Source: Mobula hypostoma
Taxonomy: Eukaryota
Length of the DNA: 64,000 nucleotides
Assembly (NCBI RefSeq): GCF_963921235.1
Contig: NC_086108.1
Location: forward strand, 91,576,001-91,640,000
Reading direction: 5' to 3'
The notes below the pieces were generated by a model. It had not been told where the DNA came from. It saw nothing but the letters and a program-made list of their open reading frames with translations, and ran no database searches. Both the position numbers and the translations under genes were made by a program. Of this stretch, positions 37,226-50,054 are shown piece after piece. How positions within the stretch are numbered: the stretch's first letter is position 1; each line of letters starts with the position of its first letter.

Positions 37226-37882
37226 ACACACAAAATGCTGGAGGAACTCAGCAGGCCTGGCAGCATCTATGGAAAAGAGTACAGTCGACATTTTGGGCCG
37301 AAACCCTTCAGCAGGACTAGAGAAAAAATGCTGAGGAGTAGATTTGAAAGGTGAGGGGAGGGGAGAGAGAAATGTCAGGCTATTAGTGAAACTTGGAGGA
37401 GGAGGGATTGAGCAAAGAGCTAGGAAGTTGATTGGTAAAAGAGACAGAAGGCCATGGAAGAAAGAAAAAGGTGGGGGGAATGGGGAGGAGCACCAGAGGG
37501 AGACGATGGACGGGCAAGGAGATAACATGAGAGAGGGACAAACGGATGGGAATGGTGAAGTGGAGTGGGGGTGGGGAGGCGTGACTGGAAGTTTAAGAAA
37601 TTGGTGTTCATGCCACATGTTGGAGGCTACCCAAACAGAATAAAAGGTGTTGTTCCTCCAATCTAAGTGTAGCCTTATCCCCACAGTGGGGGAGGACATG
37701 GATGGACATATCGGAATGGGAATGGAAAGTGGAATTAAAATGGGTGGCCACTAGGAGATCCTGCTTGTTCTGGCGGATGGAGTGTAGATGCTTGGCGAAG
37801 TGGTCTCCCAATCTACAAGAGGACACACCAGGAGCACCGAACACAGTATACGACCCCAACAGACTCATAGGTGAAATGTCGC
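37226..37882 (-). mobile_element. 5'-truncated Penelope-like element with 13-bp TSD
   Basis: GIY-YIG remnant (LGDHFAKHLHS...ATHFNS...LEEQHL). TSD CTT(A/T)TGAGTTGAC at 37213-37225 and 37883-37895. Degenerate hammerhead at ~37283-37318. Confidence 0.85.
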
Positions 37883-37895
37883 CTTTTGAGTTGAC

Positions 37896-38195
37896 TGTGT
37901 CCGCATTTGATGTTAATGAATAGTTCTGGGTGTTTGTGGGTGAGGAATGCTTTGTCCAAGGTCCAGCGGCAAGACGACTTGGGACCCTTCACTGCTGAGA
38001 CTTCCTCTGCCTTCACTGTCAATGTGATATGTCATCTCCTGCCAGCTTTACCATTGAGGTCTTAGTTGGATTGTTCTTTGGCTGGAACCACCCCCTTGAC
38101 CTTACCACCATGGGTGACTAAGTGTCAGATGGCTAAACCCCAGTTGGCTAAGGAACTCACAAGCTTCTCCATCACGAGGTGACAATCCTTGGAGA
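37896..38195 (-). mobile_element. RTE-5'UTR-derived short element, diverged copy of 63529-63940
   Basis: Reverse complement GGATTGTCACC...GGAGAAGCTTGTG...GTCACCCATGGTGGTAAGGTC...AAAGAACAATCCAAC. Confidence 0.7.
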
Positions 38196-39310
38196 GGCGC
38201 AGGCCGGTAATGTTTGGCAACATCTAACGAAAGGCCTTGAGTCACTCAAGACACAGACATGCTGACAGATGTCCATTCTGCTTATAAACAGTCTGTCCTT
38301 AAATGGGTTTCTCAAAGACACAATTCTTCAATTAGTCTGAGCAACAGAGCGTGGAAACAGGCCCTTGACCTAGCGTATCCTTGCCGGCCAAGATGCACAC
38401 CCAAACGTGTGCCATTTCTTTGGCTCACATCTCATTTTAACTTTTCCCATCCAGGTACCCCATTGAAATGCTATTTAAATGTTGCATCTGTCTCAATCAC
38501 CTCAACTGGCAACCCATTACATAAATGCACTACCCTCTGCACGAAGAAGTTGCTCTTCAGGTCCCTTTTAAATCTTTCCTCTAGTTTTCCCACCCTCTAG
38601 TTTTCCATTCCCTTTCTCTGGGGGAAAAAAACTGCGCGCATTCAACCTATCTATAATATTCATGATTTTATACACCTTTACAACATCAGCTCTCAATTTT
38701 CCGCTCCCGCTGCCCAACTTCTTCCTCTGTGGTTCATTTATCCATGTGCCTATCTAAGAGTCTCTTAAAAATCCCTGATGTATCTGCCTTCACCACCACC
38801 CCGACAGTGCATTCCAGTATTCTCTGAGTAAACCACCTTCTTCTGACATCACCCTTATGCTTTTCTCCTAACACTGTAAAATAATGCTCCCTCGTATTAG
38901 CCATTTCCGCTCTGGGAATAGGTGTATAAGTCATTATATACATAGAAACATAGAAAACATACAGCACAATACAGGTCCTTCAGCCCACAAAGCTGTGCTG
39001 AACAAGTCCCTACCTTAGAACTACCTAGGCTTTACCCATAGCCCTCTATTTTTCTAAGCTCCATGTAGCCATCTAGGAGTCTTTTAAAAAACCCCATCGT
39101 TTCTGCCTCCACCTTCATATACTACCTTGAAATTCATTTTCTTGCAGGCCACTCAAATTATGTCTCGTATCATCTTGTGCACCTCTGTCAAATTCACCTC
39201 TCTTCCTCTTTTGCCCAAAGAGAAAAACCCTAGCTCACTCAACTTATTCTCATAAGACGTATTCTGTAACCTTGGCATCAAGTCCATCTGTTCCACTGCA
39301 CTCTCTAGAG

Positions 39311-39499
39311 CAGTGGTCCCCAAACACTGGGCCGCGAGGAAACGATATGAAATGATACGAGTCAGCTGCACCTTTCCTCATTCCCTGTCACGCATTGTTG
39401 AACTTGAACAACCCCCCTCCCCACCTCCAATCGGCCGGTCGGCAAGAATATCGTCAATATTAAACCGGTCCGCGGTGCGCAAAGGGTTGGGGACCCCTG
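39311..39499 (+). mobile_element. 189-bp MITE of the same hAT-Charlie family
   Basis: TIRs CAGTGGTCCCCAA / TTGGGGACCCCTG. Perfect TSD CTCTAGAG (39303-39310, 39500-39507), fitting the Charlie NTCTAGAN preference. Confidence 0.93.
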
Positions 39500-40583
39500 C
39501 TCTAGAGTTTTCCCAGTCACTGTGAAAGTACTTCTCTGGTTTTCTTATTGTGAAAGTCCTATCCTGGTTTGACTGTTGATCCCTTTTTTCCCACAGGGTG
39601 GAGATCTATGAAGACCAGGCTAATGCTAGTCCCACATGTTCATACCCCTCCAGCTGATTTTTCTACTGATGCTGCACCTGATATTCCAGCTATTGGTTAT
39701 GAAGGCAGAATCCATCATCAAAGGCCCCACCATCTGAGCCATGCTCTCTTCTGGCTACTACCATGGGGTAGGTGATATAGGAACCTTAGTTCCTACACCA
39801 GCAGGTCCAGGAACAGTTATTATTCTACAACCATCAGGCTCCTGGATCAGTGCAACTTCACTTACCACAACTCTAAACTGATTCCACAACCTACAGATTT
39901 GCTTTCAAAGATTCTATGACACATTTTCTCAGTATTATTTTTTTTTGGCACTATTTGTCTTCCGTTGCACCTTGGTTGTTTGTCCATCTTTGTTATGTAC
40001 AGTTTTTTTCATAAATTATATTGTATGACTTTATTTTCCTGTAAATACCTGCAAGAAAATGAATTTCAAGGTAGTATATAGTGACATATACACATTTGGT
40101 ATTAAACTTACATTGACTTTGACGCTGATGCTGGAACCATGTCTCTGCTCTTGCCAGTCAATGCCATCTTTATTTAAGACCTGGACTAGTACAGAATAAG
40201 TAAATAAATGGAGATTAGATGTACAATCCTTCAGTGTTCTCAATGAAACTTGCAGAGTTGTCAAGGTAACCTCTCAATATAAATACCTCCAGTGCAATCT
40301 TGCACAGAACCAGATGTGTGATATCAGTTTTTAGTCTCATATTTCATCCTCATGTCTACTGTGTTCTCACCTTGTTTCCACAGAAGAGTTCCAAAGAAGG
40401 GAAGATATATGTGAATGGGATCGTAATTTGCAAAATAAATGTCAACACTACCATAATCAAAAGATTAGCCTATTGAAATTGACAACCCACCTCTCTCTAA
40501 GATGTTGTTCACTTGCCCCCCGATATACAAAGTTAATTACAGACGAAGCTTGGTTGTTAATCAGGTTCTAAAATTGCTTAAAT

Positions 40584-41487
40584 GATGTTTCAGGCCGAGA
40601 CCCTTCATTAGGACTAACTGAAGGAAGAGTGAGTAAGAGATTTGAAAGTTGGAGGGGGAGGGGGAGATCCAAAATGATAGGAGAAGACAGGAGGGGGAGG
40701 GATGGAGCCAAGAGCTGGACAGGTGATAGGCAAAAGGGATACGAGAGGATCATGGGACAGGGGGTCCGGGAAGAAAGACAAGCGGGGGGGACCCAGAGGA
40801 TGGGCAAGGACTTTATTCAGAGGGACAGAGGGAGAAAAAGGAGAGTGAGAGAAAGAATGTGTGTATAAAAATAAGTAACAGATGGGGTACGAGGGGGCGG
40901 TGGGGCATTAGCGGAAGTTAGAGAAGTTGATGTTCATGCCATCAGGTTGGAGGCTACCCAGACGGAATATAAGGTGTTGTTCCTCCAACCGGAGTGTGGC
41001 TTCATCTTGACAGTAGAGGAGGCCATGGGTAGACATATCAGAATGGGAATGGGACATGAAATTAAAATGTGTGGCCACTGGGAGATCCTGCTTTTTCTGG
41101 CGGACAGAGCGTAGGTGTTCAGCGAAACAGTCTCCCAGTCTGCGTAGGGTTTCGCCAATAGAAAGAAGGCCGCATCGGGAGCACCGAACACAGTATATCA
41201 CCCTAGCCGATTCACAGGTGAAGTGTTGCGTCACCTGGAAGGACTGTCTGGGGCCCTGAATAGTGGTGAGGGAGGAAGTGTAAGGGCATGTGCAGCACTT
41301 GTTCTGCTTACAAGGATAAGTGCCGGGAGGGAGATCGGTGGGAAGGGACGGAGGGGAATGAATGGACAAGGGAGTCGCGTAAGGAGCGATCCCTGTGGAA
41401 AGCAGAAAGGTGGGGGGGGGGGAAGATGTGCTTGTTGGTAGGATTCCCGTTGGAGGTGGCGGAAGTTACGGAGAATTATACGTTAGA
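40584..41487 (-). mobile_element. Penelope-like element, inverted left arm (GIY-YIG + terminal repeat)
   Basis: ORF 40908-41369 GIY-YIG domain. Inverted homology to ~42200-43095. Confidence 0.9.
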
Positions 41488-43200
41488 TTCCAGACCTAAC
41501 CAGCTCCCCTCTATCACCACTCTCCTCTGTCTAGCGGAATTGGTCCTTACTTTTAACAATTTCTCCTTTGGCTCCTCCCACTTCCTCCAAACTAAAGGTG
41601 TAGCCATGGGCACCCGTATGGGTCCCAGCTATGCCTGCCTTTTTGTTGACTTCATGGAACAATCCATGTTCCAAGCCTATACTGGTATCTGTCCCTCACT
41701 TTTCCTTCGCTACAACGACAACTGCATTGGCGCTGCTTCCTGCACGTATGCTGAGCTTGTTGACTTCATTAACTTTGCCTCCAACTTTCACCCTGCCCTC
41801 AAGTTTACCTGGTCCATTTCCGACACCTCCCTCTCCTTTCTTGATCTTTCTGTCTCTATCCCTGGAGACAGCTTATCTACTGATGTCTACTATAAGCCTA
41901 TGGACTCTCACAGCTTCCTGGACTATTCCTCTCCTCACCCTGTCTCTTGCAAAAATGCCATCCCCTTCTCGCAATCCCTCCGTCTCCGCCGCATCTGCTC
42001 TCAGGATGAGGCTTTTCATTCCAGGACGAAGGAGATGTCCTGCTTTTTTAGAGAAAGGGGCTTCCCTTCCTCCACTATCAACTCTGCCCTCAAATGCATC
42101 TCTCCCATTTTACACACATCTGCTCTCACCCCATCCTCCCGCCACCCCACTAGGAATAGGGTTCCCCTTGTCCTCACCTACCACCCCACCAGCCTCTGGG
42201 TCCAACATATGATTCTCCATAACTTCCGCCACCTCCAATGGGATCCCACCACTAAGCACATCTTTCCCGCCCCCACTTTCTGCTTTCCGCAGGGATTGCT
42301 CCCTACGTGACTCCCTTGTCCATTCGTTCCCCCCCAATCCCTTCCCTCCTGGCACTTATCCGTGTAAGCGGAACAAGTGTTACACATGCCCTTACACTTC
42401 CTCCCTCACCACCATTCAGGGCTCCAGACATTCCTTCAAGATGAGGCGACACTTCACCTGTGAGTCAGCTGGGATGATATACTGTGTCCGGTGCTCCCGA
42501 TGTGGCCTTCTATACATTGGCGAAACCCGACGCAGGCTGGGAGACTGTTTCGCTGAACACCTACACTCTGTCTGTCAGAGAAAGCAGGATCTCCCAGTGG
42601 CCACACATTTTATTTCCACGTCCCGTTCCCATTCTGATATGTCTATCCACAGCCTCCTCTACTGTCAAGATGAAGCCACACTCAGGTTGGAGGAACAACA
42701 CCTTATATTCCACCTGGATAGCCTCCAACCTGATGGCATGAACATTGACTTCTCTAACTTTCATTAATGCCCCACCTCCCCTTCGTACCCCATCTCTTAT
42801 TTATTTTTTTTTCTCTCTCTTTTTTTCTCCCTCTGTCCCTCTCACTATAACTCCTTGCCCATCCTCTGGGCTCCCCACTGCTTTCTTTCTCCCTAGGCCT
42901 CCCATCCCATGATCCTCTCCTTTCTCCAGCCTCGTATCCCCCTTTGCCAATCAACTTTCCAGTTCTTAGCTCCATCCCCCTCCCCTCCCCCTCCTGTCTT
43001 CTCCTATCATTTCAGATCTCCCCCTCCCCCCTCTCAAATCTCTTACCATCTCTTCATTCAGTTAGTCCTGACAAAGGGTCTCGGCCCGAAACGTTGTCTG
43101 TACCTCTTCCTATAGATGCTGCCTGGCCTGCTGCGTTCACCAGCATTTTTTGTGTGTGTGTTGCTTGAATTTCCAGCATCTGCAGATTTCCTTGTGTTTG
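41488..43200 (+). mobile_element. Penelope-like element, right arm (RT + GIY-YIG + terminal repeat with tail)
   Basis: NNFSFGSSHFLQTKGVAMGTRMGPSYACLF, FLRYNDN (degenerate YxDD), FLDL, TDVYYKP; ORF 42441-42767 MIYCVRCSRCGLLYIGET. Confidence 0.92.
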
Positions 43201-43984
43201 AGCTTATGGTGTTTGCCTTCCTAAAACTGCACGCCTTGCACAGGGTAAGAACAAATATATATTATGATGCACAGGATATTGCACTTGTGAACAAAAGGAT
43301 GAATAAACTAGAAATTCATTTTATGCACTCCATTGTTAAGCAAAAAATTAATGTCACACATCTTAAAGACCTTAATCTGATCTGGTTTAATATTAAGGCT
43401 ATCAATAATTTTAGCTCAAATATATTAACGCTACTTCAAGTTATTTATTATTGGATTCCTGTGAACAAATTGCTTCTGTTCTCCTGGAATTATTAAGTAT
43501 GTCCTTGCTTTGTGTATTCTTGCACTGACTGGCGTACTCTCAGGCTGAATTTTAATGTGCAGAAAAAAGTTTGTGAAGGGGCAGGAAATCTTAGGACAAT
43601 GCAGGAGCGGAAATTCAGTGTGAGGGAGGGTCAAGGGTGAGGGGTGAGCAAGGAAGAAAGAAAAGGAGATAGTGGGCAAGAACATCTGCACCCAAACCCA
43701 CTTATGTATGTGTGTGTGTGTCTCTATGTACTGGATTTCCATATGTTTCTTTGTGTCTGTGTTATTGTTCATGCAGCAAAGCCCTATGTCCAGTCATTGC
43801 CACTGTCATGTAATAAGCAACCTACATTAAAAGAGATTTGACACAGGCATTGTGTAACTCCTCAATGGTTCGGGACCGCTAACAGCAGGATACCTGTGGA
43901 TAGATTCAATAGCAACAGATCTGATCACAATTCCCTCTCATCCAAGAACTCAGGTGATTTGACATCGATGTTACTTCCTTCGGG

Positions 43985-46218
43985 TAACTATAGGCTAGTT
44001 AGTTTAACAGCTAACTATAGGCTAGTTAATTTAACATCTATAGTTGGGAAAATGCTTGAAGCTATCATTAAGGAAGAAATAGTGAGGCATCTGGAAAGAA
44101 ATAGATCCACCAAGCAGACACAACATGGATTCAGCAAAAGCAGGTCCTGTTTGATAAACTTACTGGAGTTCCTTGAGGCTATAATGAGTGCAGTGGATAG
44201 ACGGGAATAGATGGATGTTATTTACTTGGATTTCCAGAAAGCATTTGATAAGGTGCTGCATAAAAGACTTATCCATAAGATGAGGATGCATGGAGTTGGG
44301 GGTGATGTATTAGCATGGATAGAGGATTGGTTAACTAATAGAAAGCAGAGAGTTGGAAGACATGGGTGTCACTCTGGTTGGCAATCAGTGGTGAGTGGTG
44401 TGCCATAGGGGTTGGTGCTGTGCCCACAACTATTCACGTTATACATTAACGATCTGGAAGAGGGGATCAAGTGTACTGTATCTCAGTTTGCTGATGACAC
44501 TAAATTGAGTGGAAAAGCAAAATGTTCAGAAGATATAGAGAGTCTGCAGAGAGATATAGATAGGTTAAGTGAGTGGGCAAGGGTCAGACAAATGGAGTAC
44601 AATGTTGATAAAAGCGAGGTCATCCACTTTGGAAGGAAAAATGGAAGCTCAGATTATTATTTAAATGGTAAAAATTGCAGCATGTTGCTATGCAGAGGGA
44701 CTTGGGAGTGCTTGTGAATGAAGTACAAAAGGTTGGTTTGCAGGTGCAGCAGGCTATCAAGAAGGCAAATGGGATGTTGGCCTTCATTGCTAGAGGGATT
44801 GAATTTAAGAGCATGGAGGTTATGCTGCAACTGTACAGGGTATTGGTGAGGCTGCACCTGGAGGACTGCATGCAGTTCTGGTCTCCTTACTTGAGGAAGG
44901 ATATACTGGCTTTGGAGGCAGTACAGAGGCGGTTCACCAGGTTGATGCCCGAGATGAAGGGGTTAGACTATGAGGGGAGATTGAGTCGCCTGGGACTGTA
45001 CTCACTGGAATTCAGAAGAATGAGAGGAGATCTTATAGAGACATATAAAATTATGACAGGGATAGATAAGATAGATGCAGGAAAGTTGTTTCCACTGGTA
45101 GGTGAGACTAGAACTAGGGGACATAGCCTCAAGATTCAGGGGAGTAGATTTAAGATGGAGATGGGGAGGCATTATTTTTCCAAAGAGTGGTGAATCTGTG
45201 GAATTCTCTGCCCAATAAAGCAGTGGAGCCTACCTCAGTAAATATATTTAAAACAAGGTTGAATAGGTTTCTGCTGTTACAGGTCAACGTTTTATTTTTA
45301 CCCCGTAAGCATCATTTTAGGCGCCTGGACGAGGCGGGTGGATGACGTCATTAACAAAATGTGGAGAGGTTGCTGGAACATTCGGCAGTTAAGGGACAGC
45401 GGACTGTGAGCTACCAGCGGGAGAGCGAGCTGGGTGGAGTTGGTTGAAGAGTTCGCTACAGCAGTGGGCGAGTCTAATCCTTCTCCAAGTCCAGAAGATT
45501 GTGATAATTAGCAGCACACAGTGCATATTGGATACTTGACTGTCACTTTGTAGGATCCTTACTTGGATTTCTGGAGTATCCTATGGCGACCACATTTTGT
45601 TAATTTGTACATGGATTCGAGTGTGTTACGTGGTGACCACTTGTGTTAAGGAATATTCCATGGCTGTCACCTTGTAATATCCCTATGGGGATTTTGGAAC
45701 GTAGGTGTCACTTTGTTACCCCTGCATGGACTCTAGTATTTCAGTGACGACTACTCGACTTCTGGAATCTTCTGTGACTGTCACTTTGCGTCATATTAAG
45801 GTGGATTTATGAACCCTACCTCAAAGACACCTGTACCTGTTCCTGTGGATTTCTGGAACCTTCTGGATTGTTATCCTAGGACTCAGTTTGAGTAAGACTT
45901 GGGAAGAACTGTTCCTAGACCTCCACAGTTTGTGAGCTAAAATGCATAGCACTGTTAATTTTTGTTTAGGGGAGTAATTTGTCTAATTGTCTGTATTTTG
46001 GGTAGATACTGAAAATATAGTTGTTTAACATTAAAAACTGAGTCTGTGGTCTATTGCTGCTGGCACGTAACACTGCATAGTAGGGGAATTAAGGGTTATG
46101 GAGAAAAGCAGGTAGGTGGAGATGAGTCCATGGCCAGATCAGCCATGATCTTATTGAATGGTGGAGTAGGCTCGACGGGCCAGATGGCCTACTCCTGCTC
46201 CTATTTCTTATGTTCTTA
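43985..46218 (+). mobile_element. CR1 LINE RT pseudogene interrupted by a solo LTR
   Basis: NYRLVNLTS, QHGFSKSRSCL, YLDFQKAFDKV, SGVP*G, FADDTKL, TRGHSLK motifs. The 3' UTR resumes after 46076 and ends in TTCTTATGTTCTTA. Confidence 0.92.
45275..46072 (+). mobile_element. Solo LTR (798 bp), Gypsy-like
   Basis: Inverted termini TGTTAC...GTAACA with a perfect 4-bp TSD CTGC (45271-45274, 46073-46076). CRE TGACGTCA near 45343, ATTAAA near 46030, internal degenerate tandem CTGTCACTTTG...GGATTT repeats. Confidence 0.88.
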
Positions 46219-46627
46219 GACATGACAGACTGGACATAGTCAGCTCAAAGAATCAGGTAACGGGGCACTTTTTCTGAAAAGGTAAGCTGGACGTGGAATG
46301 TAATCTTCATGGAGTTTTCCTATCAAGAGTGAGATGATTTGGCATCTTATAACTTTTCCTTTTATGATAAGTAATGTTATGTGACTCTCAACTATATTCT
46401 AACATGGAGTCAATATATTACTGTAGTCTGCTCATTGACTCCAACATTGGAATGTGCCAAGGAGTCCTCCTTGGGGCAACATATGTGAGCAGTGGTTAGC
46501 ACCCAGTGATTACTGATCGGGACTTAAATCCCGCCGCTGCTTGTAAGAGGTTTGTGTGCTCTTCCCACGATCATTTAGGTTTCCTCCGGGTGCTCCAGTT
46601 TCCTCCCACATTCCAAAGAAGCATGAT

Positions 46628-47247
46628 TATTGCTGGAGAGTTGAGTGCAATCAGTGTTGAGGCTGGAAGGGTGGCAACATTTGTGTGGAAGTTGCGGTAA
46701 AGACAACGATAGCCTGGAGCAGTTGTATCAAGCGAGACCTTGAAGTGAGACCACTGCTTAGTACAGACAAGATAGGCTGGAGTGACTGTGCCAATGGGTA
46801 CTCAAGCCACATGAGTGAGGTCTTTGTAATGAGAATTTTCCAGAAAGGTCTTCCTAAAACATCACGTCCCTTTACACAATAGGGGGATGCCAGAGAGAGA
46901 CGAGATAACAAAAGGATATGAAACATACCCAACGAACTATCTTTACTAACTTCAAAATATCATCGGCTATCTGCTGAAAGTTTTGATTGGCTTAACACCT
47001 TTGTTGTGAGTGGCGATTGATCTTGCGAGTGAGGAATCCAAACATACAATTTACAATGATCACTACCCATAACTGGTAAGCCAATTCTAAATAAAAATAG
47101 CAGTTTTCTTTTTTGACTTCAGGACAGTGTGGGTGACAGAGGCCCATGCTGTTCACCTTGTACCCAAGTAAATAAAAAGCTTGCTTAGGTCATAAGAGTG
47201 CATGTATTCTGGGCCCAGTTATTTTAGTTTCTTTATTATCAGCAACA
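46628..47247 (+). mobile_element. Possible solo LTR inside a tRNA-SINE
   Basis: TATTGCTG...CAGCAACA near-inverted termini and AATAAA ~75 nt before the end. SINE sequence on both sides, but no clear TSD. Confidence 0.35.
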
Positions 47248-47796
47248 AAAGTTACTTCAACACTTGCAGGCTGCCCAGTACAATCCTCACTGATTTGATT
47301 TGATGCAAATGACACATTTCACTGAATGTTTTGATGTACATATGACATGTAGAGCTGATCTTATCTTCCATCCTGATCTAAAATAAACCCCAGCCCACTT
47401 TCCAGAGAGAACCAGCAATTCCTTTCCTGTCCCCCAGAGTTCATTTGTTCATAGCTCCCCTACAGGTGGAAACATCGTAGTATCTACCCCGTCAAGGCCT
47501 CTTAGGATCTTTTATGTTTAAATAATATCACTCCTCCATTCTTCTAAACTTCAAAGAATGCAAACCCAAACTGTCCAGCCATACTTAATAGGTCAACAAT
47601 AACAAACCAGGATCTTGCTTGGTGAGGATGAGACCAGAGGATGGGCAAGTGTTCGGTGCCATCTGCCTGTGTTTGACCAGTCTTGCTCTCCCTCTCACTT
47701 GCTGCTGACAGAGTAAAGTGCAGGAATCTTGTAATCCACGTTACAAGTCAGCTGAGGACTCTTTTTGCGGGACCTTGAGCTTCATGTTGCATGTGT

Positions 47797-48013
47797 CACA
47801 CGTCAAAGTTGCTGGTGAACGCAGCAGGCCAGGCAGCATCTCTAGGAAGAGGCACAGTCGACGTTTCAGGCTGAGACCCTTCGTTAGTCCTGACGAAGGG
47901 TCTCAGCCCGAAATGTCGACTGTACCTCTTCCTAGAGATGCTGCCTGGCCTGCTACGTTCACCAGCACTTTGATGTGTGTTGCTTGGATTTCCAGCATCT
48001 GTAGAATTCCTCA
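47797..48013 (+). mobile_element. 217-bp palindromic Penelope-tail element with hammerhead motif and perfect 13-bp TSD
   Basis: TSD ATGTTGCATGTGT at 47784-47796 and 48014-48026. ~88-bp inverted arms plus a one-sided tail. Confidence 0.88.
47886..47921 (+). ncRNA. Minimal hammerhead ribozyme motif
   Basis: AGUC-CUGACGA-AGGGUCUCAGCCC-GAAA-UG-UC-GACU: intact core, stem I AGUC/GACU. Confidence 0.65.
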
Positions 48014-50054
48014 ATGTTGCATGTGTTCCTTGATTCTGGTTACTCTTTTATTTTGCTGTTCTTGAGCAGTTTGATTGGGGCGATCGATGCAGACTGAGGC
48101 GGTTTGGTGAAGAATGACCCTGTGACCTACAGCGGACTAGTGGCATGGCACTGAACTAAACTAAGCAGAATACCCCTGGTTTGATTTTTATATTCTATAT
48201 TTGGTTCGCTTGCTTTTTGCCATTTGCACAATTTGTACTTTTTTCCTGCGTTGGGTGTTTGATACTTTTTTGAATGAGTTCCATCGTGTTTCCTTGTTTC
48301 ATGGCTGCCTATGGGAAGACAAATCTCAGAATTGTCTTCTGTATACATACTTCGATAATAAATGCATTTTGAACTTAAATGAATCTTTAAATTAAATATT
48401 GAACACATCAAACAGGCTGTTAAAAATGCACAAAAAGCTTACACAGTCAGTTTTGCATGTGGTGTATTCTCTCTGCAAGTCAATGTGGAAGATGTTTTTT
48501 GACTTTTGTGCAGTGTATCATATTCTTCTGTGTTTGGAGGTTTTCTAAGTATCCCCAGATTACTGTTTCTGACTTTACTTTCTAAAGTTGCCAAGTTTTT
48601 GATGCAAATCTTTCTTTGATAGATATTTAGCTGCAGTATTGAGCTTTGTTGATGTTTGATTTCAAATTTGAAGATCTTCTTTTCACATATAGCCGCAAAA
48701 ATCTGTTCCATGGAAGTAGGCACAGACTTAAAATCTTCTGCTTCAGAAGGCATTACATTGACTTGGTGAACCCAGCCATTTCAAGTAGATTTAAGCTTTT
48801 CAGTCACATGATGAACAACAAAATAAAATTGAATTATATTATTAGCCTCAGGCTCCATGCAGTCTTTTCCTTTGTAGTCAAGTGAATTATTTTTGGAGTG
48901 GTGAGTTTTAGGAATTCTTTTCATCTTCTACCATGAACTGGTTTGAAGACCTGATTTTTCAGAAGAAATTAGTAATTGAAGTAACCATAAAACAGAAGCA
49001 ACTGAACACTAACAATAACTTGAACACACTAAGGACATTTAGAAATAGTGTTCAATGGGTGTGATGTATGTTAAGGCTTGACATGGTGGAGATGGGGAGA
49101 GTGAATTAACAATGTGCTGGGCAGTAATCAGAACAAAAGTTGAGAGAATAGATTTTGTGTATGCTTAGAAGTAGTATGAACATTTCCCCCCTCTCACAGC
49201 AAATAAAAATTGTTACCAATATTGACCAACCCAAAGCCCAGGCAAAACATCAAAGCGTTAGGATGGAAAGAGAACCCATGCCCAAGGACCCAAGGAATCA
49301 ACTCATGGAGGGCCAACATCTTTCAGGCAAACACGATCGTTTTCTTTTTGGAACCGTGAATTTTTAACAATATATTTTTATGCTACACTTTTATTAACAA
49401 CTTCCTGTTGTTACCAAACTGCATTAGGCAATAAGGAAAGAAAAAATATTTCCAAAAATTTCATTGGTTCATTTTGTGTGAATTGCTCATTTCAGATGTC
49501 TCAGTTTGAAAAAAAATGGATTTGATTCATTAGTCTTCTGCTTTTGCTCCTTGCTATTAGTCTTTCTCACTCATCTAGTAAATGGAAGTAATTTCTGATT
49601 ACACTTAGTCAATAAGACTCTTCAATCAATCAGTAATTAACAACAGACAGCAGTTTTACCACTGATTTTTTCTTTAGAGTAGAATATGAGGTGTAATGTC
49701 TAAGATGAATATCACATTTTGTGTTTTGATTACTCGGTTAAATAACCAAGGTCAAAATGGTCTTAATTCTATTTTGTATTCATTTTGAAATAAGTCAGCA
49801 GAAAGCACAAATCTCAGGGTCTTAAAAAAAGTTGACTGACTTTGTTAATTAATAATTTTATTTTATGATCAGTTATGAAACATAGTAAATGGGAGGAAAA
49901 TTGTGAGGCAGAGAGGAAAATATTAAAGGCTATCTGTGTTACAAAATAGTTGTTTGAAACAAGCAAGCAAAAAAAATCCGTCTAATTTTAAGAACAAAGT
50001 GGTTAGCAATGTTTAGTTCTACATTTATTTATCCTGTTCAGTTAGAAATGGAGC

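Noticed and set aside
41288..42310. 340-aa novel fusion protein
   Set aside because: Chance read-through from the antisense Penelope arm into a truncated RT with a degenerate catalytic motif (YNDN).
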